Made by a program: the position numbers and the translations under genes. Positions 19,983 to 29,610 of a DNA stretch of 64,000 nucleotides are shown here, one piece after another (the stretch's first letter is position 1; the number at the start of each line of letters is the position of its first letter). Below the pieces are notes generated by a model that was not told the origin of the DNA, did not search any database, and was given only the letters and a program-made list of their open reading frames with translations. This stretch comes from SAR202 cluster bacterium (GTDB lineage Bacteria; Chloroflexota; Dehalococcoidia; UBA6926; VFHL01), in the NCBI GenBank assembly GCA_009392005.1, contig VFHL01000003.1, forward strand, positions 17,221 to 81,220. Direction: 5' to 3'.

Positions 19983-22261
19983 ATCATCCAAAAGCCCTTA
20001 ACCCAAATCCGAAACGATTTGCGCCCTTTTTATGGATACTTTTGGGGCTATTCCTATTCCGGGTTACCGCCCATTTTCTAGTCATCTATGCCAACGGTGT
20101 ATCTTGGTTACCACCACAGCAAGAATGGCTATCAGGAGCTGTGAGATACGAATATCTCCTTATTGTTCAGATCGCTATCTCAACGTTATTTCTCAAGATA
20201 TGTGTTGATTTTACGAGAGCCCGCGGAATATCAATCAAACCAAACCAGATTTTGGCATCTTGGTTGCCTATTTTGGGTTTAACCTACCTCGGTATAATGT
20301 TGATACGTTACGCAATGCGGATGGCTTTGTACCCTCCCGAAAGATGGACGGGAGGAGCTATACCAATATTCTTCCACTGCGTCCTCGCTACATTCATCTT
20401 AATAATTGCTCTGTACCACGTCAGATATTTTAAACGTTCTTTGAACATAGGATTTAGCAAAAGGATGTGGATCAGCCGTATCATTATTAGTGCATTCGCC
20501 ACATTTCTCATTCTTACTTGGATCATCCATACTCTTATGCCAACATTCCTCGGACATTATATGGGGATAGGTCCAGCTAAATTTGCAGTGAGTACAGAAA
20601 AGAATGTAAGCGTAATCACTTCCGACGGAACAAAGCTTGTAGCAAATATTTATCGCCCTCGTAAAGCGGAACCAAGTCCCACAATATTAGTGAGGGCACC
20701 TTTCAACATCCCAAAATTCGATATAAAAGCCCCGTTAAAAAATCGCATTCTCAAGGACAATATCATACGTATATATGCAATAGACCTCATCAGTCGTATG
20801 TGGGCTGAACGAGGATACAACGTAGTTTTTCAAGGAACACGTGGCAGAGGAAACTCAGAAGGCATCTATCATCCATTCATTCACGAGCGGGAAGATGGAG
20901 TTGAAACACTCAATTGGCTTTTCACACAACCTTGGTTTGATGGAAGATTAGGAATGTGGGGAGCGTCGTACTACGCATATACCCTTTGGGTAATATCAGA
21001 TGAAACGATACCTGGCCCTTCAACAATGGGGATACAACTCGCGAGCACCGATTGGTATTCAATGTTTTACGTCGGCGGTGCGTTCTCGCTAGAAAGCGCT
21101 CTCCACTGGGCATTACTTAGCAGGCCAACTGAGGACGTCTGGGTTTCTCCACAACGAATCCAAGACGCGATAAGTGGCTTCCCTCTTATTCAAGCCGATG
21201 AAAGAGCTCTGTACGACATACCATTTTTCAACGATTGGGTTACACACACAGAAAAAGACTCTTTTTGGGAAAAAATGGATGACCATCATAAGATCAACAA
21301 ATTACAAGGTCCGGTGCATTTGACTGCTGGTTGGTTTGATCCATTTTTACCAGGTCAGCTAAAAGACTTTATGGATATCAAGGAAAAAGCCCCCGCGCAC
21401 ATTGCAAATGAATCTAGATTAGTCATCGGCCCATGGGCACACGCACAAGAGGTAACCCTTCCAGGCAATATAATTGGAGAGCGTTATCGAACTTATAGTT
21501 TTGCACCTAGTTTTAATTGGTTTGATAAACATCTAAAACAGTTACCTGTTCCAGAAACTTCACCAGTACGCATTTTCGTTATGGGTGAAAATATCTGGAG
21601 AAACGAAAATGAATGGCCATTAGCTCGAACACAATACTCTCCGTATTACCTCAAGAGCACGGACAAAGCTAACACCTTGCATGGTGATGGATCTCTAACA
21701 ACAAGTTATCCCACCAAACAGAATGGTACGGATACGTTCACATATGATCCTTTTGACCCTGTACCATCCAAAGGTGGCCCCGTGCTTGGACCTCGGGCAC
21801 ACAAAATAGAGACACAAAATCAGGTAGAGATCCGTAATGACGTGTTGATTTACGACTCAAAACCACTCCCTCAAAATCTAGAGGTTACAGGACCGGTTAT
21901 GCTCGACATCTATGTATCAACGACAGCGCCGAGCACCGATTTTACGGCAAAGTTAGTGGACGTTCACCCAGATGGTTCGGCATATTATGTTTCTGAAGGA
22001 ATTTTGCGACTACACCTAGATGAAAATGAAACAAATGCAATTAGCGGAATAAGAATCACGTTATGGCCCACCAGTATCGTCTTCAAAAAAGACCACGTAA
22101 TTCGATTAGAAGTATCAAGCAGCAGCTACCCACGGTTTGACCGCAATCCCAACACAGGAAAGAGTATTCCCCTAGAGAAGAATCCGATCTCTGCTCAGCA
22201 AACTATTTATCATGGCAAGACCTATCCCTCCAATCTGATATTACCCATCATCCCACGATGA
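19979..22261 (+). CDS. Membrane-anchored CocE/NonD family hydrolase (X-Pro dipeptidyl-peptidase S15-like) with about 200-aa polytopic N-terminal domain
   Basis: 760 aa. The first ~200 residues hold about 5-6 hydrophobic helices. Then TSDGTKLVANIYRP...ILVRAPFN, nucleophile-elbow-like GMWGASYYAY, and a C-terminal PepX_C-like region (VTGPVMLDIYVSTTAPSTDFTAKLVDVHPDG...RLEVSSSSYPRFDRNPNTG). The start ATG overlaps the gnd stop (ATGA). Confidence 0.85.
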   Translation: MNHPKALNPNPKRFAPFLWILLGLFLFRVTAHFLVIYANGVSWLPPQQEWLSGAVRYEYLLIVQIAISTLFLKICVDFTRARGISIKPNQILASWLPILGLTYLGIMLIRYAMRMALYPPERWTGGAIPIFFHCVLATFILIIALYHVRYFKRSLNIGFSKRMWISRIIISAFATFLILTWIIHTLMPTFLGHYMGIGPAKFAVSTEKNVSVITSDGTKLVANIYRPRKAEPSPTILVRAPFNIPKFDIKAPLKNRILKDNIIRIYAIDLISRMWAERGYNVVFQGTRGRGNSEGIYHPFIHEREDGVETLNWLFTQPWFDGRLGMWGASYYAYTLWVISDETIPGPSTMGIQLASTDWYSMFYVGGAFSLESALHWALLSRPTEDVWVSPQRIQDAISGFPLIQADERALYDIPFFNDWVTHTEKDSFWEKMDDHHKINKLQGPVHLTAGWFDPFLPGQLKDFMDIKEKAPAHIANESRLVIGPWAHAQEVTLPGNIIGERYRTYSFAPSFNWFDKHLKQLPVPETSPVRIFVMGENIWRNENEWPLARTQYSPYYLKSTDKANTLHGDGSLTTSYPTKQNGTDTFTYDPFDPVPSKGGPVLGPRAHKIETQNQVEIRNDVLIYDSKPLPQNLEVTGPVMLDIYVSTTAPSTDFTAKLVDVHPDGSAYYVSEGILRLHLDENETNAISGIRITLWPTSIVFKKDHVIRLEVSSSSYPRFDRNPNTGKSIPLEKNPISAQQTIYHGKTYPSNLILPIIPR

Positions 22262-22406
22262 CCCACATTATGACCAAAGCAATGAGTCAGTAGTTACGAA
22301 ACGTTAACTTCAGAGGGGGTTGGTGGAAAATCGGAACCTTAAGGAATCTAATTCGTTAATGAATCGAGATCATCTCTTCCGCATTCTTCACGTAAAGAAT
22401 ATTGGG

Positions 22407-23501
22407 TTAACGCATGACCGGAAGTTTATCTTGAACAATGTCCCATGACGATGTTTGGGAAACCACCCATACTTGCGAAGATATTTCTAACTCCATATTC
22501 CTAAAAGCCGGCTGGGTGACGTATGACACAATCTGCACACCACAATCTATCGTGATGTCATATCCTGTACCATGGAAACTGATATGCTGGATGCGGCCTT
22601 CCATGATGTTCTCTGCACCAATTTTTATTGGCTTCTCAGCAGAAAGAACCACATCTCTTGAGCTGATCCCAAAAAGCAAACTCTCCCCAACTTCAGATTC
22701 AACGAATGGCAGTATTAGCGATACCCCATCAGAGATACCAACCATCGTACCGAATTCAGGTTCCAATTTATTGACAACGACTGACAATACATTATCGTGT
22801 CTCATCAAATCGGGAAACAAACCAACGTTTGCGCTGCCAAGAATCGACTCAGGGGATCCCCGCACACTTGCCTCACCATTGTCAACAATCTGGACAACAT
22901 CACCAAGTTTGATCGCGTCTTCATAATCATGGGTAACAAGAATAACCGGTATTTCACTCTCACGAAAAATAGACCGCAATTCATCGCGCATAGATGATCG
23001 CGAGTTCTCATCTAACGATGAAAACGGTTCATCCAAAAGTAGCGCCGCTGGTCGAGATGCAAAGGCACGGGCTAGCGATACTCGTTGTTTCTCACCGCCC
23101 GAAAGTTCCCAAACCCTACGTTGCTGCAATTCAGTCAATTGGAATTTTTCAATTAAATTCGTAATCATGATGTTTTTATCATCACCTGTTAAAGATTTAA
23201 GACCATACTCAACATTTGATCGTACATTTAAGTGCGGGAAAAGAGAAATCGTTTGAGGAACGTAAGCAATGCTTCGCATATGAGGCGCAATCGATATTGT
23301 ATCTGCGGTGCTGAACAAAACACGCGAATCTAATTGGACATGCCCTTCATCTGGTTGCAACAAACCGGAAATCACCCTTAAAGTCATCGTTTTGCCGGCC
23401 CCGGATCGGCCAAAAAGAACAAGCACGCTTCCCGAAGGTATTTCCCAATTCATCTCCAATTTAAAAGAGCCGATTTGATGTCGAGCCCATCCGCGTAACA
23501 T
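22407..23501 (-). CDS. modC: ModC-like ABC transporter ATP-binding protein with C-terminal TOBE/Mop-like domain (no cognate permease or binding protein in window)
   Basis: 364 aa. Walker A GRSGAGKT, LSGGEKQRV, LLLDEP, VTHD. Collinear with E. coli ModC as I recall it. The start overlaps the ruvB stop (TAATG). Confidence 0.75.
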   Translation of the reverse strand: MLRGWARHQIGSFKLEMNWEIPSGSVLVLFGRSGAGKTMTLRVISGLLQPDEGHVQLDSRVLFSTADTISIAPHMRSIAYVPQTISLFPHLNVRSNVEYGLKSLTGDDKNIMITNLIEKFQLTELQQRRVWELSGGEKQRVSLARAFASRPAALLLDEPFSSLDENSRSSMRDELRSIFRESEIPVILVTHDYEDAIKLGDVVQIVDNGEASVRGSPESILGSANVGLFPDLMRHDNVLSVVVNKLEPEFGTMVGISDGVSLILPFVESEVGESLLFGISSRDVVLSAEKPIKIGAENIMEGRIQHISFHGTGYDITIDCGVQIVSYVTQPAFRNMELEISSQVWVVSQTSSWDIVQDKLPVMR

Positions 23502-24571
23502 TAATTATCGTTCTCATTGAATGCAAGTTGATCACCTTGAACTTTGATTTGGTGTGCCTCAAGATGCTCCGGATATGGTTCATTCAAGTGTTCATAGGCA
23601 AGACGAGTTGCAAGCCGACCACGTGGGGTACGTTGAATGAATCCAAGTTGTAAAAGATATGGTTCATAGACATCCATAACAGTATCTGCTTCTTCCCCAA
23701 TGGATGCCGCCAAAGTCTCCAATCCTACAGGACCTCCACTAAATTTTTGCACCAAACCATCCAATAACATTTGATCTATTTCGTCTAACCCCAGACCATC
23801 AACACCCAATTTCGATAATGCCTCTTCCGCTACTGTTTTAGTCAAATTACCATCAGAAATAACATCAGCATAATCACGCACACGACGCAAAAGACGATTC
23901 GCAATGCGAGGTGTACCGCGAGATCTGCCCGCAATTAGTTGAATCGCCTGATCCTCAAAATCCAAGCTCAAAATACCCGCTGATCGCCGAAGAATTTGGT
24001 CGACCTCATTGGCTTTATAGAAATCTAGCCGATAGACAACCCCAAACCGATCACGTAATGGTGCTGTAATTAATGCAACACGCGTCGTCGCAGCTATAAT
24101 GGTGAATCGAGGTAGGGGTACTCGAACCGAACGGGCACCTGGTCCTCTACCGGTAACGACATCCAAAGCAAAATCTTCCATAGCAGGATACAAGACCTCT
24201 TGTACAACCCGGGGCATTCGGTGGAATTCATCAATGAAAAAGATGTCGCCGTCACGAAGACCCATCAATATCGAGACAAGATCACTTGCTCGTTCAATCG
24301 CTGGGCCCGAGGAAATCTTGATATTCACGCCCATTTCTGAAGCGACGATGCTAGCAAGTGTTGTTTTTCCGAGACCAGGTGGACCATGTAGCAACAAGTG
24401 ATCTAAAGATTCCTTACGCATACGAGCGGCTTTCACCGCGATTTGCAAATTCTCAACAACACGCTCTTGACCGATATACTCTTCAATAGTGCGAGGGCGG
24501 AGATTAACTTCGGAATGGTCCCCCTCATTAGGGCCAGCCGAAACGATGCGGTCTGTCATTATCTCACGCAA
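23501..24571 (-). CDS. ruvB: Holliday junction branch migration DNA helicase RuvB
   Basis: 356 aa. [12 protein letters not shown], Walker [10 protein letters not shown], Walker [23 protein letters not shown]. Confidence 0.97.
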   Translation of the reverse strand: MREIMTDRIVSAGPNEGDHSEVNLRPRTIEEYIGQERVVENLQIAVKAARMRKESLDHLLLHGPPGLGKTTLASIVASEMGVNIKISSGPAIERASDLVSILMGLRDGDIFFIDEFHRMPRVVQEVLYPAMEDFALDVVTGRGPGARSVRVPLPRFTIIAATTRVALITAPLRDRFGVVYRLDFYKANEVDQILRRSAGILSLDFEDQAIQLIAGRSRGTPRIANRLLRRVRDYADVISDGNLTKTVAEEALSKLGVDGLGLDEIDQMLLDGLVQKFSGGPVGLETLAASIGEEADTVMDVYEPYLLQLGFIQRTPRGRLATRLAYEHLNEPYPEHLEAHQIKVQGDQLAFNENDN

Positions 24572-24682
24572 CCTCGCATCCTATACCGTAATTAGGGAAT
24601 CTGCACGCATGATACAGAGGTTCCAGTGTGTTTTTTCACGCGCCTCAATTAACTATACATGTTCGTAACACCACTAATTTGC

Positions 24683-25951
24683 CTAAAGTGTTACTCCTCG
24701 ATCACGCAGCTCACCAATGCGAGCCTCGCTATAGCCAAGATCAGTCAATATCTCATCAGTATTCTCACCAAGAGCTGGCGATGAACGTTGAGCTTCTAAA
24801 GGTGTCTCGCTCATTTTGAGAGTTGGGCCATACATAGTCATATGTCCTAAAAGAGGATGTTCCAAATCAACAATGTTATCGTTGTCAATCACCTGGTCAT
24901 GGTCAGGTAATTCTTCAGTGACATAAACTGGGATCACCGGAACCTTAGCATTCCGGAATATTTCGATCCACTCATCGCTGGTTTTTTTCAGTAATTTAGC
25001 CTCAGCATCCTGATTTAATTTCGCTCCAAAATCAACCGCTTCCTGGCTAGTTGCATCATAGTCTTCATCCCAACGGATATCATGCAACCCCAAGATTTCA
25101 GCCATCCGTTTTTTCGGCTCATCGCTGAGACAACCAACCGTTATGAGACCTGTCTTCGTCTTATATGTACGGTAGTATATATTACCTGGGGGACGGGGTC
25201 GAAAATCACGATACGCTTCTTGCATTTCTTCGAAAGACTTCCCCTCACGTCGCATTCCATCCAAGTTCAATAAGAATTCTTCTCGTTGTTCTTTATCAAT
25301 TGCATCTATAACCATAAAGCGAGCAGACTGCAAAGCAAGTGATGTACCCATTAATGACGCCTCAATTTTCTGCCCCTGACCAGTCTTTTCGCGGTGCAAC
25401 AGAGCAGCTGTGATACCCCAAGCAATCGTGATTCCAGTCGCGACGTCTGCGACGGGTGTCGCTTGAATGTGAGTCGGTAACCCATCCTGTATGTTGTTGT
25501 TTCCGGTGAGTAATCCAGTCATCGCTTGCGTCACGATATCGGATCCCGGCAAAGTCGCCAGTGGGCCATTCAGACCAAAGCCAGAATTTTGGCAATAAAT
25601 TAATTTTGGATTAATTGCAGCCAAAGTATCATAGTCAATACCAAGTTTTACCGGTACATCTGGCCGGTAATTGATCAGAACAACATCAAGGTCAGGAACC
25701 ATTTTGTGCACAATTTCTTGCGCTTCAGGTGTTGACATATCTAATGGCAAACTGCGCTTCCCTCTGTTCAATGAGACAAAGCCGCGCCCTTCCATCGGTA
25801 CCATTTGCTGCGTGAGCCTAGTAGGATCCCCCCTCAAAGGCTCAACCTTAATAGTCTGCGCACCCATATCCGTCAATAATGATCCGCCAAATGGTCCAGC
25901 AACAATCTGCGTGAATTCCAGAATCTTTACTCCGTCTAAAGGTCCAGGCAT
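24683..25951 (-). CDS. Family III CoA-transferase (CaiB/BaiF family)
   Basis: 422 aa. PLDGVKILEFTQIVAGPFGGSLLTDMGAQTIKVE N-terminus, typical of CaiB/BaiF/Frc enzymes. Confidence 0.88.
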   Translation of the reverse strand: MPGPLDGVKILEFTQIVAGPFGGSLLTDMGAQTIKVEPLRGDPTRLTQQMVPMEGRGFVSLNRGKRSLPLDMSTPEAQEIVHKMVPDLDVVLINYRPDVPVKLGIDYDTLAAINPKLIYCQNSGFGLNGPLATLPGSDIVTQAMTGLLTGNNNIQDGLPTHIQATPVADVATGITIAWGITAALLHREKTGQGQKIEASLMGTSLALQSARFMVIDAIDKEQREEFLLNLDGMRREGKSFEEMQEAYRDFRPRPPGNIYYRTYKTKTGLITVGCLSDEPKKRMAEILGLHDIRWDEDYDATSQEAVDFGAKLNQDAEAKLLKKTSDEWIEIFRNAKVPVIPVYVTEELPDHDQVIDNDNIVDLEHPLLGHMTMYGPTLKMSETPLEAQRSSPALGENTDEILTDLGYSEARIGELRDRGVTL

Positions 25952-26186
25952 TTAACACCCCTCCGTATAAATACCGCTAGTACACTATATATACGGGCAA
26001 GGATAGCACCATCACTAACTGTGCTTCAAGACGAAATATTTATGAAAATCAGCCCTGAATGTATATATATAACAATTTCGCTAGGCCATCGGAAATGGCC
26101 TCATGAAGATTGCTGGGGATATTTGTTTTAATGACCAGACATATTCATTATGACAATAGAACCATCGCCTCGTTCAACACGTACCA

Positions 26187-26216
26187 TTGACAGTCATTCA
26201 CCCCCCCACCTAATAT
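26187..26216 (+). promoter_or_regulatory. Candidate sigma-70 promoter of the ccm cluster
   Basis: TTGACA (26187-26192), 18-nt spacer, TAATAT (26211-26216), about 35 nt upstream of the ccmE GTG. By eye only. Confidence 0.45.
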
Positions 26217-26251
26217 GACGACGCACTAATTCATAAAAATGGAGCGCTGCG

Positions 26252-26716
26252 GTGCAAGACGGCCAACAAAGTTTAAACGAAAATAGCCCCGTTAAAGGAT
26301 TCAACCGCCGACTCATAATTGGCGCTTTTGTTATTGTGCTCGCAATCGCTTACCTAACGGTTAATGGCCTGCGAGATAATGCAACATACTATCTTGAGAT
26401 TAACGAAGTACTCGCTAAATCATCTGATTTGGATGAACAAAGGATCAGGATGGGCGGGAAAGTGCTGCCAGGATCAATATCAATCGATACACAAAACTTA
26501 ATTTATGACTTCCAAATCCATCAAGATGGTCAATCAGTAACAGTCCATTACCAAGGAACGACCCCTGATATTTTCGGTGATGACATCCACGTGATAATTG
26601 AAGGTAAGATGCAAGATAACGGCATATTTCATGCAGATATCCTCACCGCACAATGCCCATCGAAAATGGTCGCTCGAGTTGAGCAAACTAACCTTGAAAA
26701 ACCTCCCCATAAATAG
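26252..26716 (+). CDS. ccmE: Cytochrome c maturation heme chaperone CcmE, Cys-variant (CPSKM in place of HxxxY)
   Basis: 154 aa. N-terminal TM anchor and an OB-fold region collinear with E. coli CcmE (RIRMGGKVLPGSI, VHYQGTTPDIFGDDIHVIIEGK). Position ahead of ccmF. Confidence 0.88.
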   Translation: MQDGQQSLNENSPVKGFNRRLIIGAFVIVLAIAYLTVNGLRDNATYYLEINEVLAKSSDLDEQRIRMGGKVLPGSISIDTQNLIYDFQIHQDGQSVTVHYQGTTPDIFGDDIHVIIEGKMQDNGIFHADILTAQCPSKMVARVEQTNLEKPPHK

Positions 26717-26726
26717 GACTGATTGA

Positions 26727-28703
26727 ATGGCTTATTCCGATATCGGATATGTCTCTCTCGTCGTTGCGCTCGTAATGTCTATATACACAGGGATCGCTTC
26801 AATAACGGCGGTGCGTTTCTATTATGCTCCCCTACTCCTAAGTGCACGAAACGGGGTTTGGATAATAAGCTGTTTGATGCTTATTGCTTCAGGGACATTA
26901 ATCTATGGGTTCATGACTCATGACTTTGGCCTGAGGTATGTGGTACTGCATTCAAGCGTAGACATGCCGTGGTATTACATCTCATCCGCTTTGTGGGGTG
27001 GGCAAGAAGGTTCTTTGCTTTATTGGGCAACCACCTTAAGTGTCCTAGCGGGTGTCGCTACATTGAGAAACAGAAATCGGTATGGACAACTCATGCCATA
27101 CGTTATAGCCACAATCATGATTGTCATAGCATTTTTCTTAACTGTCCTTATTTTTGCAACCAATCCATTCGAGCGCTTACCGTTCTCAATGCCAGATGGA
27201 CGCGGATTGAATCCACTACTCAGAGATCCGGGCATGGTCATTCATCCGCCAATGTTACTTCTAGGGTATGTGAGTTGGACTATCCCATTCGCATTCGTTA
27301 TTGCGGCTCTGATAACAGGACGTTTGGGCACAGAATGGGTTCGTGCGATTAGGAGGTGGACGCTATTAGCTTGGTCTATCCAAAGCATTGGGTTATTGCT
27401 TGGAGCTTGGTGGGCATACCATGTCCTCGGATGGGGTGGTTATTGGGGATGGGATCCGGTTGAAAACGTAGCGTTCCTTCCCTGGATCACTGGGACTGCG
27501 AGCCTCCATTCAGTCATGGTGGTAGAACGACGCGGGAAGCTTAAAGTGTGGACCATTAGTCTCGTCATACTGTCTTTTCTTCTTGCCATTTTTGGAACAT
27601 TTGTAGTACGGTCAGGCATTCTTTCATCAGTACACTCCTTTGCAGAATCAGATATTGGACACCTATTTCTGACCTTCTTTTCCCTTGCACTTGTTGGATC
27701 ACTTGCCCTTTTACTTTTTCGTTTACCGCAAATCAAAGATGAAGAGGGGTTTGAATCACCAATTTCTCGCGAATCTGGATTCCTTTTTAACAATCTGCTT
27801 CTCATCGGCATCGGTTTCGCAACGTTTTGGGGGACAATTTATCCGATAATAACCGAAGCATTCACAGGAGACAAAATAACAGTCGGACCACCTTTCTTCC
27901 AGCAAGTCAACGGACCATTATTTTTTGTATTACTTCTACTAATGGGCGTTGGGCCATTGTTGGCCTGGAGACAAACATCAATGCGCGCTTTGGTGAAAAG
28001 CATGTCGCTACCCCTGGTATTAGGCTTCTCCGCATTAATCATGTCCCAATTAATCACACAAAAACCTTTTGTTGCACTTAGCATAGGAGCCTTAGTCTTT
28101 GTCACTGCAACAATTCTTTTAGAATACAAAAGAGGCCTGATAATAAGAAAACGCAACACAGGAGAAATTTACCCATTAGCATTAACACGTCTCGTTTCTC
28201 GTAATAAACAAAGGTACGGTGGTTATATCGTTCATATTGGAATCATATTGATTGCGATCGGAATCATTGGTTCCACTGCTTTCCAAACAAATAGGGAAGT
28301 AAATATGAAAAAAGGTGAGTCGGTCGCCATTGGACGCTACGTACTAACATACGAGGAAAGTTTTTCTAGGATAGATCCGGAAAAAGAAATCCTTGGATCA
28401 ATCTTAACAATAAATCGTGGCGGAAAGAACATTGGCACGATGGTGCCCAGCACTGAGTTCTACAATAAATTCCAAGGACAACCAAGTAGCAAAATTGCGA
28501 TCTCAACTACCCTGCTAGATGACCTTTATATTTTTCAGGCATCTCGACCAACCGATAATGACGTCACTCTTTCAATATTTGTTAACCCTCTCGTCATGTG
28601 GATCTGGATTGGTGGCACCGTATTGATTTTGGGCATCCTAATTGCTGCATGGCCAGAAAAACGAACAATGTGGACTAGTTTGACACAAACCGCGAAGATT
28701 TAA
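26727..28703 (+). CDS. ccmF: Cytochrome c-type biogenesis heme lyase subunit CcmF
   Basis: 658-aa polytopic protein with the WWD heme-handling motif WGGYWGWDPVENVAFLPWI. Confidence 0.95.
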   Translation: MAYSDIGYVSLVVALVMSIYTGIASITAVRFYYAPLLLSARNGVWIISCLMLIASGTLIYGFMTHDFGLRYVVLHSSVDMPWYYISSALWGGQEGSLLYWATTLSVLAGVATLRNRNRYGQLMPYVIATIMIVIAFFLTVLIFATNPFERLPFSMPDGRGLNPLLRDPGMVIHPPMLLLGYVSWTIPFAFVIAALITGRLGTEWVRAIRRWTLLAWSIQSIGLLLGAWWAYHVLGWGGYWGWDPVENVAFLPWITGTASLHSVMVVERRGKLKVWTISLVILSFLLAIFGTFVVRSGILSSVHSFAESDIGHLFLTFFSLALVGSLALLLFRLPQIKDEEGFESPISRESGFLFNNLLLIGIGFATFWGTIYPIITEAFTGDKITVGPPFFQQVNGPLFFVLLLLMGVGPLLAWRQTSMRALVKSMSLPLVLGFSALIMSQLITQKPFVALSIGALVFVTATILLEYKRGLIIRKRNTGEIYPLALTRLVSRNKQRYGGYIVHIGIILIAIGIIGSTAFQTNREVNMKKGESVAIGRYVLTYEESFSRIDPEKEILGSILTINRGGKNIGTMVPSTEFYNKFQGQPSSKIAISTTLLDDLYIFQASRPTDNDVTLSIFVNPLVMWIWIGGTVLILGILIAAWPEKRTMWTSLTQTAKI

Positions 28704-28704
28704 G

Positions 28705-29241
28705 ATGCACACTCAGATGACGCAATATATCAAATGGGATCGCAATACCCCTTTTCTAAGCACCTTAGTTGGGCTCTCGGTAATGATCTCTCTTTTCCTC
28801 ACCACAATATCTTTCCCAAGCACCATCTATGCTGTTGACGATGTCCTTACAAGTGAACAACGAGCGATTGCGCTAAAGATCCAATGCCCTGTGTGCTCCG
28901 GAGAATCTATAGCAGAATCACAAGCCGATGTAGCAAGAAATATGCTCGCAAAGCTAATAGAACTTTCGAACGCAAACAAAACCGAGCAAGAAATCTTAGA
29001 TTATTTTGTAGATCGCTATGGACTTATAGTCCTTAGAAGCCCACCAAAAGCTGGATTCACAATGGGGTTATGGCTATTCCCACCTGGCGTCTTAATCATT
29101 GGCCTGAGCATGTTGATATATTTCCTCCGTTCACAAAAAATTGCAGATAAATATCCTGTTCCATCTAAAGAGCTGCAGGAGGACATTCAATACCAAGATC
29201 TAATTGAAGAGCAGGTACGCCAAGCGAAGGATGATACATGA
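28705..29241 (+). CDS. ccmH: Cytochrome c-type biogenesis thiol-redox protein CcmH
   Basis: 178 aa. Conserved KIQCPVCSGESIAESQADVARNM (LRCxxC-type motif) and a C-terminal TM helix. Confidence 0.9.
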   Translation: MHTQMTQYIKWDRNTPFLSTLVGLSVMISLFLTTISFPSTIYAVDDVLTSEQRAIALKIQCPVCSGESIAESQADVARNMLAKLIELSNANKTEQEILDYFVDRYGLIVLRSPPKAGFTMGLWLFPPGVLIIGLSMLIYFLRSQKIADKYPVPSKELQEDIQYQDLIEEQVRQAKDDT

Positions 29242-29585
29242 TTCCGACTCTGATATCGATATCAATTATTATCTTCGTCTTTGGGTTAATCCTATATCCC
29301 TTCGCTCGAAACAAAAAAGGAATGGCGTGGCTGGAAGAATCACAGGGCACACAGCTAATCCGACTTTATGACCTTAAAAACGCGCTCGTAGGTTCTATTT
29401 CCCAATTAGATTTCGACAACGACCTAGGCACCATCAATGTTGATGACTACCAAAGATTACGGAAAGAATATGTAGAGAGAGCAGCCACAATTCTCCGTGA
29501 AATTAGCAGGATTGAAGAAACCAGCGCACACGAAATGGAACGCGAGATAGAAAATTTAATACAGAAGCAAAACAATCAAGGGTGA
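29238..29585 (+). CDS. Small membrane protein resembling the N-terminal (TM + cytoplasmic helix) module of CcmI/CycH
   Basis: 115 aa with an N-terminal TM (LISISIIIFVFGLILYPF), then LYDLKNAL...QLDFDNDLGTINVDDYQRLRKEY, reminiscent of the CcmI N-terminal segment. Overlaps the ccmH stop by 4 nt. Confidence 0.5.
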   Translation: MIPTLISISIIIFVFGLILYPFARNKKGMAWLEESQGTQLIRLYDLKNALVGSISQLDFDNDLGTINVDDYQRLRKEYVERAATILREISRIEETSAHEMEREIENLIQKQNNQG

Positions 29586-29610
29586 AAAAACATAGAAGTA
29601 ATCAATCGTA

